Shown: positions 1-12,864, counted from the stretch's first letter. The stretch is 64,000 nt of DNA from Vicugna vicugna (GCA_013265495.1 MU058687.1:2916001-2980000); one strand, 5' to 3'. Numbers and translations: made by a program. The notes: generated by a model not told the origin, from the sequence alone.

Positions 1-394
1 CCCTGTTTAAGTAAGTAAGTTAATAAGTAAAACTAAGAAAGGATAGCATAGTCAAGGGAGGCTATAACTGTGATAAGATTTCTCTATTTGAGAGTCTCTA
101 AAATCTCTTTTCCATGAAAGAGGTTATCCTGTATGGGCTGTTGGCCAAGAACATGGTCATTATTGCTATTATCAATTAAAGTAATCTTAGACATAGTTCT
201 TTTCTGTGCAGATCAAAGTGCTTGATGTTCACATTTCCCTAATAATTTCCTGGTCCAGCCTCATAAGAGCCCTCCAAGGCAAGGAGTCTAAACCACAGGC
301 AGTGTTCCACTTCCCTCCCTCCGGCCATGCCCACTGCCCAGCTCTTGCTGGACCCTTGTTCCTCTAGTCTAGATCACTGGAAGAGACAGCAGCA

Positions 395-570
395 AATAAT
401 GGTAAAGAAGGCAGGCTCGGGAGCCAGGTGGAATCAGTTCCCAGCTTCACCACGTACTAGCTTTGTAATTTCTAGGTAGTCAGTCTTTTCATCTATAAAA
501 TGGGAGTAACACCATACCCTAGGGTTACTATGAAGATTCAAGTTAATATCTGTAAAGCCCTTGAAACCTA
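395..570 (+). mobile_element. MIR SINE fragment
   Basis: MIR core-like ttttcatctataaaatgggagtaac...agggttactatgaagatt; ends approximate. Confidence 0.7.
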
Positions 571-1344
571 TAGCACACTACGAAAGCCTGTTCTCCTCCA
601 ACTAGACCTCCCTAAATCACAGTACAGTCTTCTTACTCCCCTGCTCTAAAATCATCCGTGGCTCCCCATTGCCTATTTACTGACTATGCTCTACCCTGTT
701 CTTCAAGGGCCTCAAAGGTAGAAATTCTATTTTTCCCTTGAACATAATAAGGAGTCAGTAGTGTTTGCTGAGAGAGAGGGTTTCCACCCTCAAGGTGAGT
801 GAACTGAATTCCTAGGCTAGGAACCCACAGCTGGGGATTTGATCCAGGCTATTCTGCCTCCCCAACGGTGGCCTGGCCATGGGAAGCCATCAATGTTGGG
901 CGTTGGAGGTTCAGTTTCCCTTGCATCTGTTAGGGCTGCAAAGGCAGGGAGCCCTATTTTGGACTCCAGCCTTCATGGTACAGAGCAGAGGGTGGAGAGG
1001 ACTGCTCGGCCACAAGCCAGAGCAGGCAGTGCCCACAGTTAAAACTCTCACTCTCCTATGGGCTCAGGACAGGTGGCAGACGTGACGTCATTGTCCTCAT
1101 TCATCAGTGGGAAGTGGCCAAAACCTCAGCTCCTGTAGCTCAGGTGGGAAGCCCGAGGCCAGCAGAGACCACCTGTGATCTGGTGCTTTGCACAGAGAAC
1201 TCAGCAAGTTCCTCTCCTTGCATCTCAGCTGCTTCTCTGACAGAAGAGAGGCCATGCGCTGTGGAGAAATGAGCACTGGGTCAGAGGACGGACCATGTCC
1301 ATAATGGGGCTTCTCACCTGGCAGGAAGAGCTCAGCCATATCAG

Positions 1345-1480
1345 CATCTCTGAGCCTCTTTTTTTCCATCTGTAAAATGGGAGGATAATACCCATTTCAT
1401 GGGGTTGATGAGAGACCAAAATGGAACAAAATGCTCAGAGCCCCTGTACAGTGCCTGCAGCAGTGGGCACTTGTTAATTT
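1345..1480 (+). mobile_element. MIR SINE fragment
   Basis: tctctgagcctc...ccatctgtaaaatgggaggataatacc. Confidence 0.7.
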
Positions 1481-1829
1481 GCAGTTAATCTGATCAATCC
1501 ATCAGAGTTGTTCTTCCAGGCTGCCTGCTGGGGCTGCCTCAGTCCTGCAAGCCTCTTGCTTCCCTTAACTGACATTTTCTTCACCTGACTTCTACTCCCA
1601 GATGAAGGAAAGTGTTGGTGTTTTTGGCTGAGTAGGGGAGGAGGAAGAGTCCAAATCTTCCCAGATTCCTGGCAGGGGTGAGAGGCCCAGCAGGGAAGAA
1701 GCAGAATTCTGGCTGATTTTCTCAGAGATTTTTCCACTCGGGCACTGCCAAGTTCAGGAAGCCAGAAGTGAAGTGATGGGGAGGAAACAAGCCAGACCAT
1801 GCTGGTTCATGCAGGGTGGTATTTTTCCT

Positions 1830-2120
1830 TGATTTATTCAGCACATGAATGAATTTGCTGGGATTCCAAGCACTATGTTGGGCACTAGAATATTCAGCAG
1901 CAAGTAAAACAGACATGCACCCTGCCCTCAAGGGGCCTTCATTCTAATGAGGCTGGGGCAGACAATAAACAGCATAAACTATTGGTGAAATATGTTAGAA
2001 GGTGATAAATGTGATGGAAGAACAGAGAAGGAAAAGGGGATCAGGAGTGCCAGGGAAGTTGAGTTATTAAATAAGGTCATTAAGTCTGGCCTTACCAAAA
2101 AGGTGACATTTGAGACACCA
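1830..2120 (-). mobile_element. L2 LINE 3' fragment
   Basis: caagcactatgttgggcactag...cctgccctcaagggg...ggtgacatttgag, a typical antisense L2 3' end. Confidence 0.7.
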
Positions 2121-4266
2121 ATTATCTGCTCTCCTTGGGAACCCCTGAGAAGTCCGTGGGCTCAGAATCAGGGCCAGATACCTTTTAGGAGATCCTAGGA
2201 TAGGAGCAAAATCTAGAAGCCCTTCTAGTCTCAGCCCAGATAATGTCATGCTCTTCCTCCAAAACCTTCAATAGCTCCCTACTGCCTACGCAAGTAAGTG
2301 CAAATCATTCAGCCTGAGATTCAGGACCCCCTGGTTGGGCCCCAGCCTGTCTGTTATCTCACCAGATTCTTCTCACCCCACCTCTGCAGCCAGTCCAGTC
2401 TACTTACCATTTCTGGAATATTCCACTCTCTGCTTCCTTCCTCCACTCATTTGTCCCCTCTGCCCAAACTTCCCTTGCCTCCACTGGTTTCTGTCAGCCT
2501 AGTAATCCCACCTGCCCCTCCTGAAGCTTTCCCTGGCCCCCTGAGGCTTTGATGTCTCAGCCCCACCACCTTGGCTCATACACCTTTCTTTTCTCATTGC
2601 ATGGCCCTTACTTTTCCTTGGGTGTAGGCAATGGTTTAACTGTCTGATCTCTCACCTGATAGGCGAGTCTGGGATTCTTTTACCTCCAGCAGGTGTAGGG
2701 CTCAGTGAACATTGGCTGAATTGAATGTGCCCAAGTTCTGAGGCCCCCAGCAACACTGAGATAATTGGGGGGGGTAGGTTGCCCACTCGGACAAAGAAGG
2801 CAGAAATGGAAGGCCAGCAGGAAAGGAGAGAGGGAACAAAACATAGATGAGATCTGATGGAGAAGCTAGTGAAGGAAAGGGAGAGAAACATCCCCACTGT
2901 ATTTTTTCCAGACAGGCAGACTGTCAAAGACTCAAGGTTAAGTCTCTTTCCTTCCCCAGAAGATAGGCTCTTTTCTCCCTTGAGTATCCCAAGCCAGTGC
3001 TTCCTTGTGTCTAGCTAGAATATCTCTTGCTGTGGCTGGAGCTCATTTCCTCTGGTTCCACCCTTTGGATTCAGGTCATTTATTGAGCACCCCTTCAGCG
3101 TGGCTCAGAGTGTCTTTCTTTACCCCCGATCCAGGGGGCAGGAGCAAGGTTGTAAGGAGGATGGCCCCTGGTGTGGGGGTTTGGGCACTAATTGAGGCAG
3201 CCAGGGACCCCTAGAGCCACGCAGAGACTGCCCATTGACCAGGACTAGGGGCCACCCTAAGTCATGTAGGTTGTGCCAGCCAGTCACTCCGCAGCTTCCC
3301 TTAGGGCTAGCCTTCACCACAAGCAAGTCTATAAATAGAGTGCCCCCACCCCCATAGCTCTGTGATTCTCAGGCCCCTATGTTCCCTGTCCGGCCCCAGG
3401 CCAAGTGAAGCCATATGAGCCAGACCCACAGCCTCTGCCATCTGGCTCCCACCCATCACTGGAGTAGCTGCACTTAAAGAGCAAGCACTCTCCCTCTGCC
3501 TCTCTCCAGCTCCCACCTGAGGCAGCCAGCGTGGAGTTCCTCCCAAATCTGCTGCCTCTAGGGGTGGTATGTTTCCAGCTGGGGAACGCCTGAATGCAGT
3601 CTGAGCCCACGTCCCTCTCTGCATTGGTGCACCCATGGTCTCCTCCTGGAATGTCCTGCCCTGGCCTCCACACCACAACTCCTCTTCAGATCAAAAGCCG
3701 TATATGTGCTCAGGGCTGGGACAGGCTTTCTGGGCTCAAATCTCCCTTCAATGACAATAATTCCCATCCTAGGATCATTGTGAGGACTGCAAGAGCTCGT
3801 GCTTGCAATGTCTTAGCAGTGGCTGGCAGTAAGCCTTCAATTAATGTGACCACTGCTGTTCACCCCTTAAGAGCTGCCTTGGCTGACGCCTCCCCCAGGC
3901 AGCCTTTCTGGATTGCTCAGACCTCAGTCAAGGGCTCCTCCTCAGTGCTCCTAGCACCCCTGCAGCAGGCCTTCAGAGTCCAGTAATACAGACCTGTCAT
4001 GGTTTCTTTGGGGGTCTTTGTACCCACTAGAATCTTGTGCCTAGACTATAAGTGCCTTGAGGGCAGGGGACAGTCTGGCCCATTGTTTTGCTGAATAAAT
4101 GATTTCATGAGTGACAGATGGGTGACTGTGAGAGACAGACTTCAAGAATAGGTCTGAGCCTGACAGGCCTGAATTTTCTAGAGCCTGTCCTAAAAGATGT
4201 GGATGCCTGTGCAAGGCCTGGGGAAGAGGGAGAAGGAACCTCTATCCCCTGTTATGTGGTCTAACG

Positions 4267-4451
4267 CAGTCATCCTCAAAACACAGTCCCAGTTCCAGCA
4301 GTGTCAGCATCACCCAGGAACTTAGTAGAGATGCAGATTCTCAGGCTCCACCCTAGACCTGCTGCATCAGAACTGTGGTGGGGGACCCAGCCACCTGTGA
4401 TGTAAGAAGCCCTCCAAGTGATGCTGATGCACCAGAGTTTGAGAAATGCTG
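4267..4451. mobile_element. MER5A-like hAT-Charlie DNA transposon
   Basis: Degenerate TIRs cagtcatcctcaaa / tttgagaaatgctg, internal gcagattctcaggctccacc, 8-bp flanks gtctaacg / ctctaatg (decayed TSD). Confidence 0.8.
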
Positions 4452-4786
4452 CTCTAATGTTTCAAAGTAACTCAGATTCATGGGAGGGGGGTCTCTCTCA
4501 GGGGTCTCTGCTCTGCTGAAGGCTTCCAAGAAGGCTCTTGGGCTGGGCCTTTGGGGTATGGCTCCTGCTAGACCCACGTTCCTGACCTTGAGACTCTTTT
4601 GCTGACAGGGCAGGTGCAACAGGGGGACTCTCCCGCAGACCTCCTAGGTGGCCCTAGACCGGAGGAGGTGCTGCTCCATCCTAGCCTTGAAGCTAGTCTG
4701 TCTCCACTACCACTGGCTAGCATCCTCTCGAGGACAGACTTCTGGAATGTTGCACCTAAGAAGGACCCTAGAGATCATTGGCTACC

Positions 4787-5050
4787 TACACATATGCTCA
4801 CAAACACTCCAAAACACACAAATACACACACGCATAAATGCATGCATGTGCACAATTCAACATGCACATATATGAACACATAAACCTGCATGCACCTCAA
4901 AACACACACAAGTACCCAAAATTCAAATTATAGTCACAAACACATTCCCAAACACACCCAAATACCTCCCAAAACACACACAGATACACACACACACTCA
5001 GAACCCATTGATACACACACCTGAAAATACACAAACACAAATGCATAGAC
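4787..5050. repeat. Degenerate CA-rich simple repeat
   Basis: Imperfect (CA)n/(AC)n runs; resumes at about 5635-5685 after the LTR. Confidence 0.75.
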
Positions 5051-5054
5051 CTAT

Positions 5055-5630
5055 TGTATTTGTTTTCTAGGACAGCGGTGACAAATGACCAGAACCTGGG
5101 TGACTTAACAGACATTTATTCTCTCGTAGTTCTGGAGGGTGTAAGTCCAAAATCAAACTCCTGGCGGGGCCATGCTCCCTCTGCAGGCTCTAGGGAAGAA
5201 TCCTTCCTTGCCTCCAGCTTCTGGTGGCTGCTGGCAACGCTGGGCGTTTCTTGCCGTGTAGCTACATTTCAGCCTCTGCCTCTGCCTTCACATGGTTTTC
5301 TTCCCTGTGTGTCTCTGTGTAGCCTTATTGTAAGGACACCAGTCATTGAATTTAGGGCCCACCCTAATCTAGTATGACTTTATTTGAATTAATTATATCT
5401 GCAGAGATCCTATTTTTAAATAAGTTTTTCTTTTTTTAAATTGAGGTGTAATTGATATTATTATGTTAGCTTCAGGTATACAACATAATGATTTGATATC
5501 TGTATATATTGCAAAATGATCACCATAATAAGTCCAGTTAACATCCATCACCACACATAGTCACATAAGTAAGGTCATATTCTGCGATTCTAGGTGGACA
5601 TGAACTTTGGAGGGACATTAGTCAACAGTA
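5055..5630 (-). mobile_element. MLT1 (MLT1B/C-like) MaLR solo LTR, interrupted by an L1 3' end
   Basis: agttctggagg...aagtccaaaatcaa...aaggacaccagtcattgaatttagggcccaccctaat. Confidence 0.8.
5425..5565 (-). mobile_element. 5'-truncated L1 3' end inserted in the MLT1 LTR
   Basis: T-rich tail then ttcaggtatacaacataatgatttgata...gttaacatccatcaccacacatag; flanked by taaataag / taagtaag. Confidence 0.75.
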
Positions 5631-7194
5631 GGTCCACACATCCCAAACACACTGGTACAGAGACAGACACGCGCACACACACATTCACCCCTTGCAGATG
5701 AGAACTCTGAGTCCCTTGATGGCAGAGCTGCCCATCCCTCCTCCCCGGGCATAGCATAAAGTTGCCACACCCTATTGTGTAGTACCTGTCACATGGTGCT
5801 TTTCATCTTAGATTTGCTTTTTGTTTGTTTGATTGATTTGGTTAGATATGCATATAAGAATCCAAAAGGTAGACAAGAGAATATCATGAAAAGCAAGTCT
5901 TCCCTCACCCCGCCTTAGCCTCCACCTTGTTCCCTTCCTAGGATTTCCCAGGTATCAAGAGTTTCTTGAGTCTCCTTCCAGAGAAAATCTAGACGGAGCC
6001 GCATGGGCGATGGCCTTCTCCATGTTCCATCTGCATCTAGCTTTCTTCACTGAACACGGCAGCTGTTACTCTTTGTTCTGATTGTCTGCTCTCACCTGAC
6101 TGTGAGCTCTGGGAGGGCAGGTGCATCTGCTATTTATCTTTCCTGCCCACTTCCTAGTCCAGTGGCCAGCACAGAGCAGGTGTTCCGTTAAGGCTGGTTC
6201 TACCTGCACATCAATGAATCAGCAGCAGCTCATTGGGTCTGCGTGGACAGGGGCTCAACCTCCTGGCCGCACAGCCTTGGTTGTCTCTGTCTCCCCAACA
6301 TGTGACACCAGCCGTCAGAGCCCATCTGGCGGCAGACAAAGCTGGGGCAGGATGGCACCCAGTAGTATCCTAATGTTTGCTCCTGCTTCCCGGCTGTAAC
6401 TGGGGCTGAATCTGGGATGGATTGGGGTCTCTGCTGCGGCTGCGTCTCTCCTGCCCTCCTCTCTCAGTCCACTTGGGACTCCTGCAGAGGACTCCATTAG
6501 GGAAGAAGCAGAGGAGAGAGCAACACTGTCGGCATCTTAGCCTGGGGGTGGGGGTCCTGCTGCTGCTGAGGCCTTTGCCCAGTCTTTTGTAGCTGATGGC
6601 TTAGTCCGGACTTGTTACCACGGAGACAGGAATTATGGCAGTAACTCAGGGCTGAACGGAAGCCTGCAGCTTCACCAGCTTGTGGTGGGAACGTATTTTT
6701 TTCCACAACACTCAGATAGAAGATGTGCTGTATTTTTTCCCCAAAATCAAGGCAGAAACGGATGCCTCTAAGATTTCACCATGCCCCCAATCCACTAACT
6801 GAGCAGAGCCCAGGGGAGGACGAAGCTCAACAGAGGCTGCCCAGCCCCGGGAGACTGGAAGCCAGGGAAATGTTAGCCAGCATGTGGAAAGAGGGGCTTA
6901 GGTTAGGGGATTGGTAAGAAAGAGCCTCTCCAGCCAAAACATTCTGAGTTGGAGATCATGGGGGACAGATGAGACCCTCCCTAGCCTCATTGCCAATCAC
7001 TCCTTTCTTACAAATATTACAATAAATATTTGTAAAGCACTAAGCTCCATCCAGTGCAGCAGAGAAAATAATGAGCAAACACAGCCTTGGGCTCAAGGAA
7101 CTTTCCATCCACTAAGGAAGTCAGCCATCTGCTGTGTCATCCTGTAAATAAACATCAAATGTACTAGATGCGCCAAGGAAGGTAATACTTCACT

Positions 7195-7420
7195 ATACTG
7201 AGCCATGGCTATGTGCTAGGCACTGTTCTAAGTGTTTCATGTAATCCTCACATCCACCCAATAAGGTAGATGCTAATAACATCTTCATTTTGCAGAGAAG
7301 ATAAATGAGGCCCAGGGAGGCTAAGACATTTGCCCAAAGACATGGAGCTAGTACATAGCAGAGGTGGATTGGGACCCAAGGAGTCTAGCTCTCCCTAGGG
7401 ACCCACACCTAAATGCCACA
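7195..7420 (-). mobile_element. MIR SINE
   Basis: tatgtgctaggcactgttctaagtg...cattttgcagag...gaggcccagggaggctaag. Confidence 0.75.
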
Positions 7421-8299
7421 CTATGTCTGTCTCCCAGGATGGAATGTGGAGGCTTGACCTGGTCTGGCGTTCTTCCCTAAGGAAGCAAAAATTGAGCTGA
7501 GATTAACTAGTGAAAGAGTGAATGAACTCATGGGAAGGGGGAGCATTCCAGGTAGGACTAGCATATGCAAAGGCCCTGTGGCAAGAGGGAAAGTGATGTG
7601 CTCCAGGTATCGAGGGACAGATGGAGGGGCCAGGGGATGGAAATGAGGGGAAAGTTGGATGAGATGAAGCTAGTGAGGGCAGGCCATGTTGGCCAAGTTA
7701 AAGAGAGCCACAGAGAGCCCTTCCAGTGGATTCCATCATGACCTGCAGGACAACTCAGGCTCACCTGGTCCTGAAAGGATCCCTGGACATTCCCCTCACA
7801 GTGAGTCCTGCCCCTGAGGCACCCCTTCTCACTCACAGTATGTTATAACTGCCTCCTAGCCAAGGCCTTCTAGAATGAGTTTGGTGGAGGGAGAGACACA
7901 TCTCATTCTCCTTAGCACCCACCACCCTTAGAGAACTCAGGAGAAGCTAAGTGAGGACTCTAAATAAGAGTTGAGGGGAAGACTAGAATGCTGAGACCCA
8001 GGGTGCCTGGAGTAGACTACCTGGAGGAAATGGAGCTGAGCTGGCCTGAGAGTGGAGCATTCTTTTGTGGAGAGGATCACGAGGCCTTTCCACAAAGGAG
8101 AGGAATGGAGCAGAGAAAGCCAAGGCCTTTGAGCTGCTGGAGCTGAGGTTTCTTGTAGGGAGACAGGGGAGGTAAGACTAGGGGAGTCCCTAAGGCCAGG
8201 GAGGCAACCCCCTGGAGCAGGCCAGGAGCCAAGAGCTCAGATGTCAGGAGGAACAGTGAGCAACGCAAAAGCTCAGGTCTTGGCTTCAGACCCCCACCT

Positions 8300-8445
8300 C
8301 CACCTGCCTTACCACTGCTGGCTGTGTGACCCTAGGCAGGCTCCTCACCCTCTCTGGGCCTCAGCATCCTCATTTGTAAAATGAGGACTGTCATTTTTCC
8401 TGCCCCAACAGGGCTGTTGGGGACTGTAAATATGCCTCATAATCT
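8300..8445 (+). mobile_element. MIR SINE fragment
   Basis: gctgtgtgaccctaggcagg...ctctctgggcctcagcatcctcatttgtaaaatgagg. Confidence 0.7.
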
Positions 8446-10284
8446 GGTGGAAATTGTGCCCCAGGGCCTCCATCAGGCACGTCAGAGACAGTCCAGAGGC
8501 CAGGCCCAGCCCAGGAGGCTCCTGTTTCTTTTTTGTTCCCTTCCCCATAGGAATCTGGAGTTAGACCACCCTCCAAATGTGCTAAAGGAGCCTCAGTGGC
8601 TGCCATCTCCCACTGGCTGATTGAGGTGGGGTAAGGCAGAAGGGAGGGCTGAGCAGGGTGGCAGGGCAGGCTGATCCCCACTTACCCAAGTGAGAATTGT
8701 GCTGTGGAGCCCCCGAGCCCCCTTCCCAGTCTCTGCACCTGGGTCTTGACACTGCGATCAGCATTGTACTACGGCTCGGGAGGAGTTATTCATCTAGGGA
8801 GGGAGGGTGCCTCTGGCTTCCAGGCAGACCTCCAGGAGCCTGGTGGCCACCTTGGCCCACATGGTATGAGGACAAGCCTTGACGTTCCTGCACCTGGCCC
8901 AGCCAGGCCCTGTGGAGAGAGGGAGGAGGAGGTGGCCTCAGATTCAGGTCTTGAATCTTCTTTCTGAGTAGGCAGCCTGCAGAGGAGCCACTGGGCCACA
9001 TACCACCCCAAGAGCCCAGCCTTTGCACGCCCTTAACCCCACTGACAAATTTGAGTGGCAGCTGGTCAAAGTAAGGAGGAGGGAGAAGGATGTGATGCAG
9101 AAGAATGAAGGGAAGCTGATTGTATGCCTACAAATATCAAGCCTTCCTTTTTAAATATGATTTTTCTCTAAATATAATATAGGCTCATATTAAGTAGTTT
9201 TTCAAATTCAGAAAAAAATTTAAAAGGTCAGTGAAAGAACATAGTTCCATCACCCAGAGGTAATTGATCTTTTTTTTTCTGCAGGTATAATTTTCATTTA
9301 TTCTCTCTCACTTCCTTTTCTCTGGAATTGAAATCATCTAGTTTAACATCATTATAGCCTGCTGTTTTTACTTCCTACTTTGTCTTTTTAGGCCACGTAG
9401 GGAGTTGCCCCTCCATCTCCCAGTGTCTCCCTGTCACTACTCAGCTCCCCACCGCCTGGCTGTCGATGACATCCCCATCGCTGCCTCTCCCCTGCCTCCA
9501 GCCCCATTTGGACACTATCATGGCTGCTTGCTGACCTGGGGGCCAGCGGCAGAAAGGCATGGGCCCTGGTGGATGTTCAGGGTCTGGAAGGCAAGGGAAG
9601 AAACCTTCCCAGCAAGGAGAGGGCCTTCTGTGGGGCTCCCAGAGGCAAGACGGGTGGAGGGGAATCTGGTGCACTCAGCCTCCGGCCAGAGTCCAAATGG
9701 CTACCACTTCCCATTACTGTGCTCCAGCTGCCTCGGACACCCACAGACTTTCCTCCCCTTGGACGCAGTACAGATCTGGCAGGGGAGCCTCTCTTCCTGG
9801 ACTGTAGAAATATAGCCCTCCTGAAATGGGCAAGGCAGCTCTCTCTCCTGTTATGCCTTCAGAGGTTGCGTGATGTAGTGGAACCAGATTCTTAGATTCC
9901 AATCCTCTCTATCTCTCTCTCCAGCTGTGTAACTTTAGGCCCTTTACTTGGCCTCTTTGAGTCTCAGTTTTTCTATCTATAAAGTGGGGATACTGATGTC
10001 CACCTTTTAGGCTGATACCTCTTAGCTTGCCTGTTTAGTGTTAGTGATGGTCAGTGGGATGACCATTTGAAGGCACCAGTACCATGCCTGGCCCTTCACC
10101 AACATCCGTGTCCTCTCCTTCTCCTTCTTCTGAGGCTTTGTCATGGGATGTGCCCACTCAGGCCTGGAGTTTGTTCCCTAAATTCCCTGTCAGCTTTTTC
10201 TTTTCTCCATTTAACTTCTGTATTTAGCCTGGGGGCTTTATTCCTGTTTGCTGGGATTGGTATTCTCTGCCTTGGGGATGGCAC

Positions 10285-11065
10285 ATAGCAGAGTGATTAG
10301 GGTGGGGCTGGGGAGTCAGATGTCCTGGGTTCAGGTCCCACTGCTCATCAGCTGCCTGATCTCGGCTAGTCACTTAACCTCTCAGTGCCCAAGATTCTCT
10401 GTGCCCAAAATGGGATAATAATAGCACCTACCTATTGTTTTGTACAGGGAGGAAAAGCCACTCTATGAACTTTAAGCAAACACAATTTTAATTCGGGGAA
10501 TTACATGCTCATAAAATCACCAGAAGGGTTAGAACCTGGGTTGGTCTTCAAAACAGAGCAGAACTGACCCACAGGACCGCTCCTCAGCCACAGCCAGGGA
10601 CTAATGGAGCCATGAATTCACGTCCCCTCACCTGCAAGGCAGAATCAGGAAGCCTCTGCAGCCTGCACCACAATTTCGTCTTGCCCCTCCCTCCCTGGGA
10701 GCCAGAGACTGAGCATTGATCCGCTGCAGAGAACTCCTTCCCCTCCTCAACACTGTCAGCAGAACACAGCCCAGGCAGCAGGAAGATGGCCGCCTCTGCC
10801 CTTCCACCTTATAAATCTATCTCCAGTGCATCTAATCGATGGAACCTGATCTGTATTCAGAACTCCAGCTGCAAGGGAGTGTTATAAATGTAGTTTTCAG
10901 CTTTGTAGCTTTTGCAGTATAGGAAGGCACACTAGAAAGATGTGGGAACGGTTGCTTAAGACCATCGACTGTATCTAACAGGCTATATGATAGGTTTATT
11001 AACCCAGATGATACATTAAGAGACTTGGCACAGTGCCTGGCACGTAGAACTCATTCAGTAGATGT
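10285..11065 (+). mobile_element. MIR SINE split by an LTR insertion (halves about 10285-10435 and 10981-11065)
   Basis: cacttaacctctcagtgcc...aaaatgggataataatagcacctacct | ...cttggcacagtgcctggcacgtag. Confidence 0.65.
10436..10980 (-). mobile_element. ERVL solo LTR (LTR33-like)
   Basis: ccagctgcaagggagtg...aaatgtagttttcagcttt...gcagtataggaaggcacactagaa resembles LTR33 antisense as recalled; TG...CA ends. Confidence 0.6.
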
Positions 11066-11160
11066 TATCTGATATTCTTATTAAGGGACCAGGTGTATCA
11101 GCGAGCTGCCCACAGAGCCCTAGCAGTGAGAAGCAGCAGCAGAAGGGAGTCACTCTGTGT

Positions 11161-11181
11161 GGTGCTGTCCGTGGTGCTGAG
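11161..11181 (-). promoter_or_regulatory. RE1/NRSE (REST binding site) in the TMEM63C 5' intron
   Basis: Minus strand CTCAGCACCACGGACAGCACC vs consensus TTCAGCACCACGGACAGCGCC: 19/21, both half-sites intact with canonical 2-bp spacer. Confidence 0.85.
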
Positions 11182-12392
11182 TGTCCTTCTGATTTTAGCA
11201 GACCTGATAGCAAGGTGGAACCTGAACCCACTCACACCATGCTGGGGCTATAGGGGTTTTTGTGGAGAGGGGACCATTTAGAGGCTTCTGAAGGAAAGCT
11301 GCCTCAACCCAAAGGAAGAGGTTAGCAAAGGCAATACCCAACATTTGGGGTACTTAAAGTTTACAAAAACACCTCTGTTTATTATCTCCTTTAAGCAAAC
11401 TTCATAACTACCCTGGTATAGGCAGGATAGACATAATTATATCCATTTTATAGAAGAGAAAACTGGGCAGCAAGAGGTTAAGTAGCAGTTAATAAATACT
11501 AGAGCTAAATCCACACCCTATCTCCTGACCCAAAATCATATGCTCCCTCCACTCCATGCTGTGACATGGGAGCAAGACTTGGTAACCAATGGTGTGCTAT
11601 GGGGAGGCACAAGTGAGTGACTCAGGTGCTCTCTGCACACTATGAAAACATATGTAAATCACCCATTTTTAAAAACTTCCTGCCCCAAATGTGGCCTTGG
11701 GTAAGGGACCATCAATCTAGCCATAATGCTGGTTATTGTGGGGGAACCACAATGACATAGGCCCTTCTGTCAAGGAGCCCACTGATTTGTCAAAGAACTG
11801 GCCACACTTGTGCATGGGAAACCAGGGGAAGAGTGCCAGGTGTTGACTGCAAAGGCAAACTGTGTAAAGAGGGTGCAAACAAGATATCATTTGGGCATCT
11901 CATTGGAAGAAGTCTTTGAGCTGGACCCAAGGGCTGTAATGCTGATGAGACCAAGGCCCCAGCCAAGCTCTGGAGGAAGTGGCTTAAGCTCAGTCAAGGT
12001 GAGGCAAGTAGCCCTAGGAGACATGTGGACAGGACAGAGAGCAGGCATGATGACTCATGGAGAAATGGCCAGGCAGTTGACCTCTGGCATAACGAGAAAT
12101 GCAAGAGTTTGGGGATTCAAGTGAAGAGGTGGTATGGGCCTCTGTAGATCTTCAATCAACTTTCTGCAGACTCAGAACAAGCTGGGAAGGGGAGAGGGGA
12201 GATCTCCTGAGAGAAGAATATAAGGACTAGTCTCATGAACTGTCCCACTGCAATAAAACTTAAGGGGCACTGAGCTACCATCCTTTATCCTAAAATCTTC
12301 TCATTTTCCCTTCTTATTAGGGGGAGTCAGAAAACTTTTTGGATCTTCAAGAACTCCTTATCTAGGTAAAAATAACCCTAGAAATCTTAAGC

Positions 12393-12541
12393 TAGTGTTT
12401 CTCTCTCTTGGCTGCACATAAGAATTGACTGGAGATTCTCATTCCTGAAGTCTGGAGTGGGGCCTGAATCTCTGGATCTACTAAACAACTTCGAAGTGAT
12501 TCCAGTGTACCTCCCCCCACACCCAGGCTAAGGAGTCACTG
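12393..12541. mobile_element. MER5-like DNA transposon
   Basis: agtgtttctc...ttggctgcacataagaat...tctggagtggggcctgaatct...gtgattcca. Confidence 0.6.
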
Positions 12542-12850
12542 ATCCAAGCCCGAGAACGCTGAATAGGGAGCCAGAAAACCCAAGTTCTGATCCCAGATCC
12601 ACCACCTTTCCCAGCCTTAGGTTAATCTTTTAGCCTGCTGGTGACCCAGTTTCTTCACATGTAAAGTTGGGCAAACCATCCTTAGCTGTGAAGATATAAG
12701 GAGACTCAAGGGCAATTTAGAGCAAGGAAGGGCTTACTGACACTTAGCGGAAGATTCATGGCCAGCTGGCATGGCGGGTGGGGAAAGACATTAACCAGAA
12801 CCCTCATTGCAGTAACACCTGCTTCCCCTCCTCCCTGTCCCCCAGGATAA

Positions 12851-12864
12851 CTGCCCCCTAGTGG
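12851..12864 (-). promoter_or_regulatory. CTCF core motif
   Basis: Minus strand CCACTAGGGGGCAG matches CCASYAGRKGGCRS. Confidence 0.55.

Noticed and set aside
9391..9556. Possible extra 5'UTR exon after a strong-looking acceptor (tttgtctttttag)
   Set aside because: The pyrimidine tract seems to belong to an AT-rich decayed repeat, and there is no convincing GT donor.
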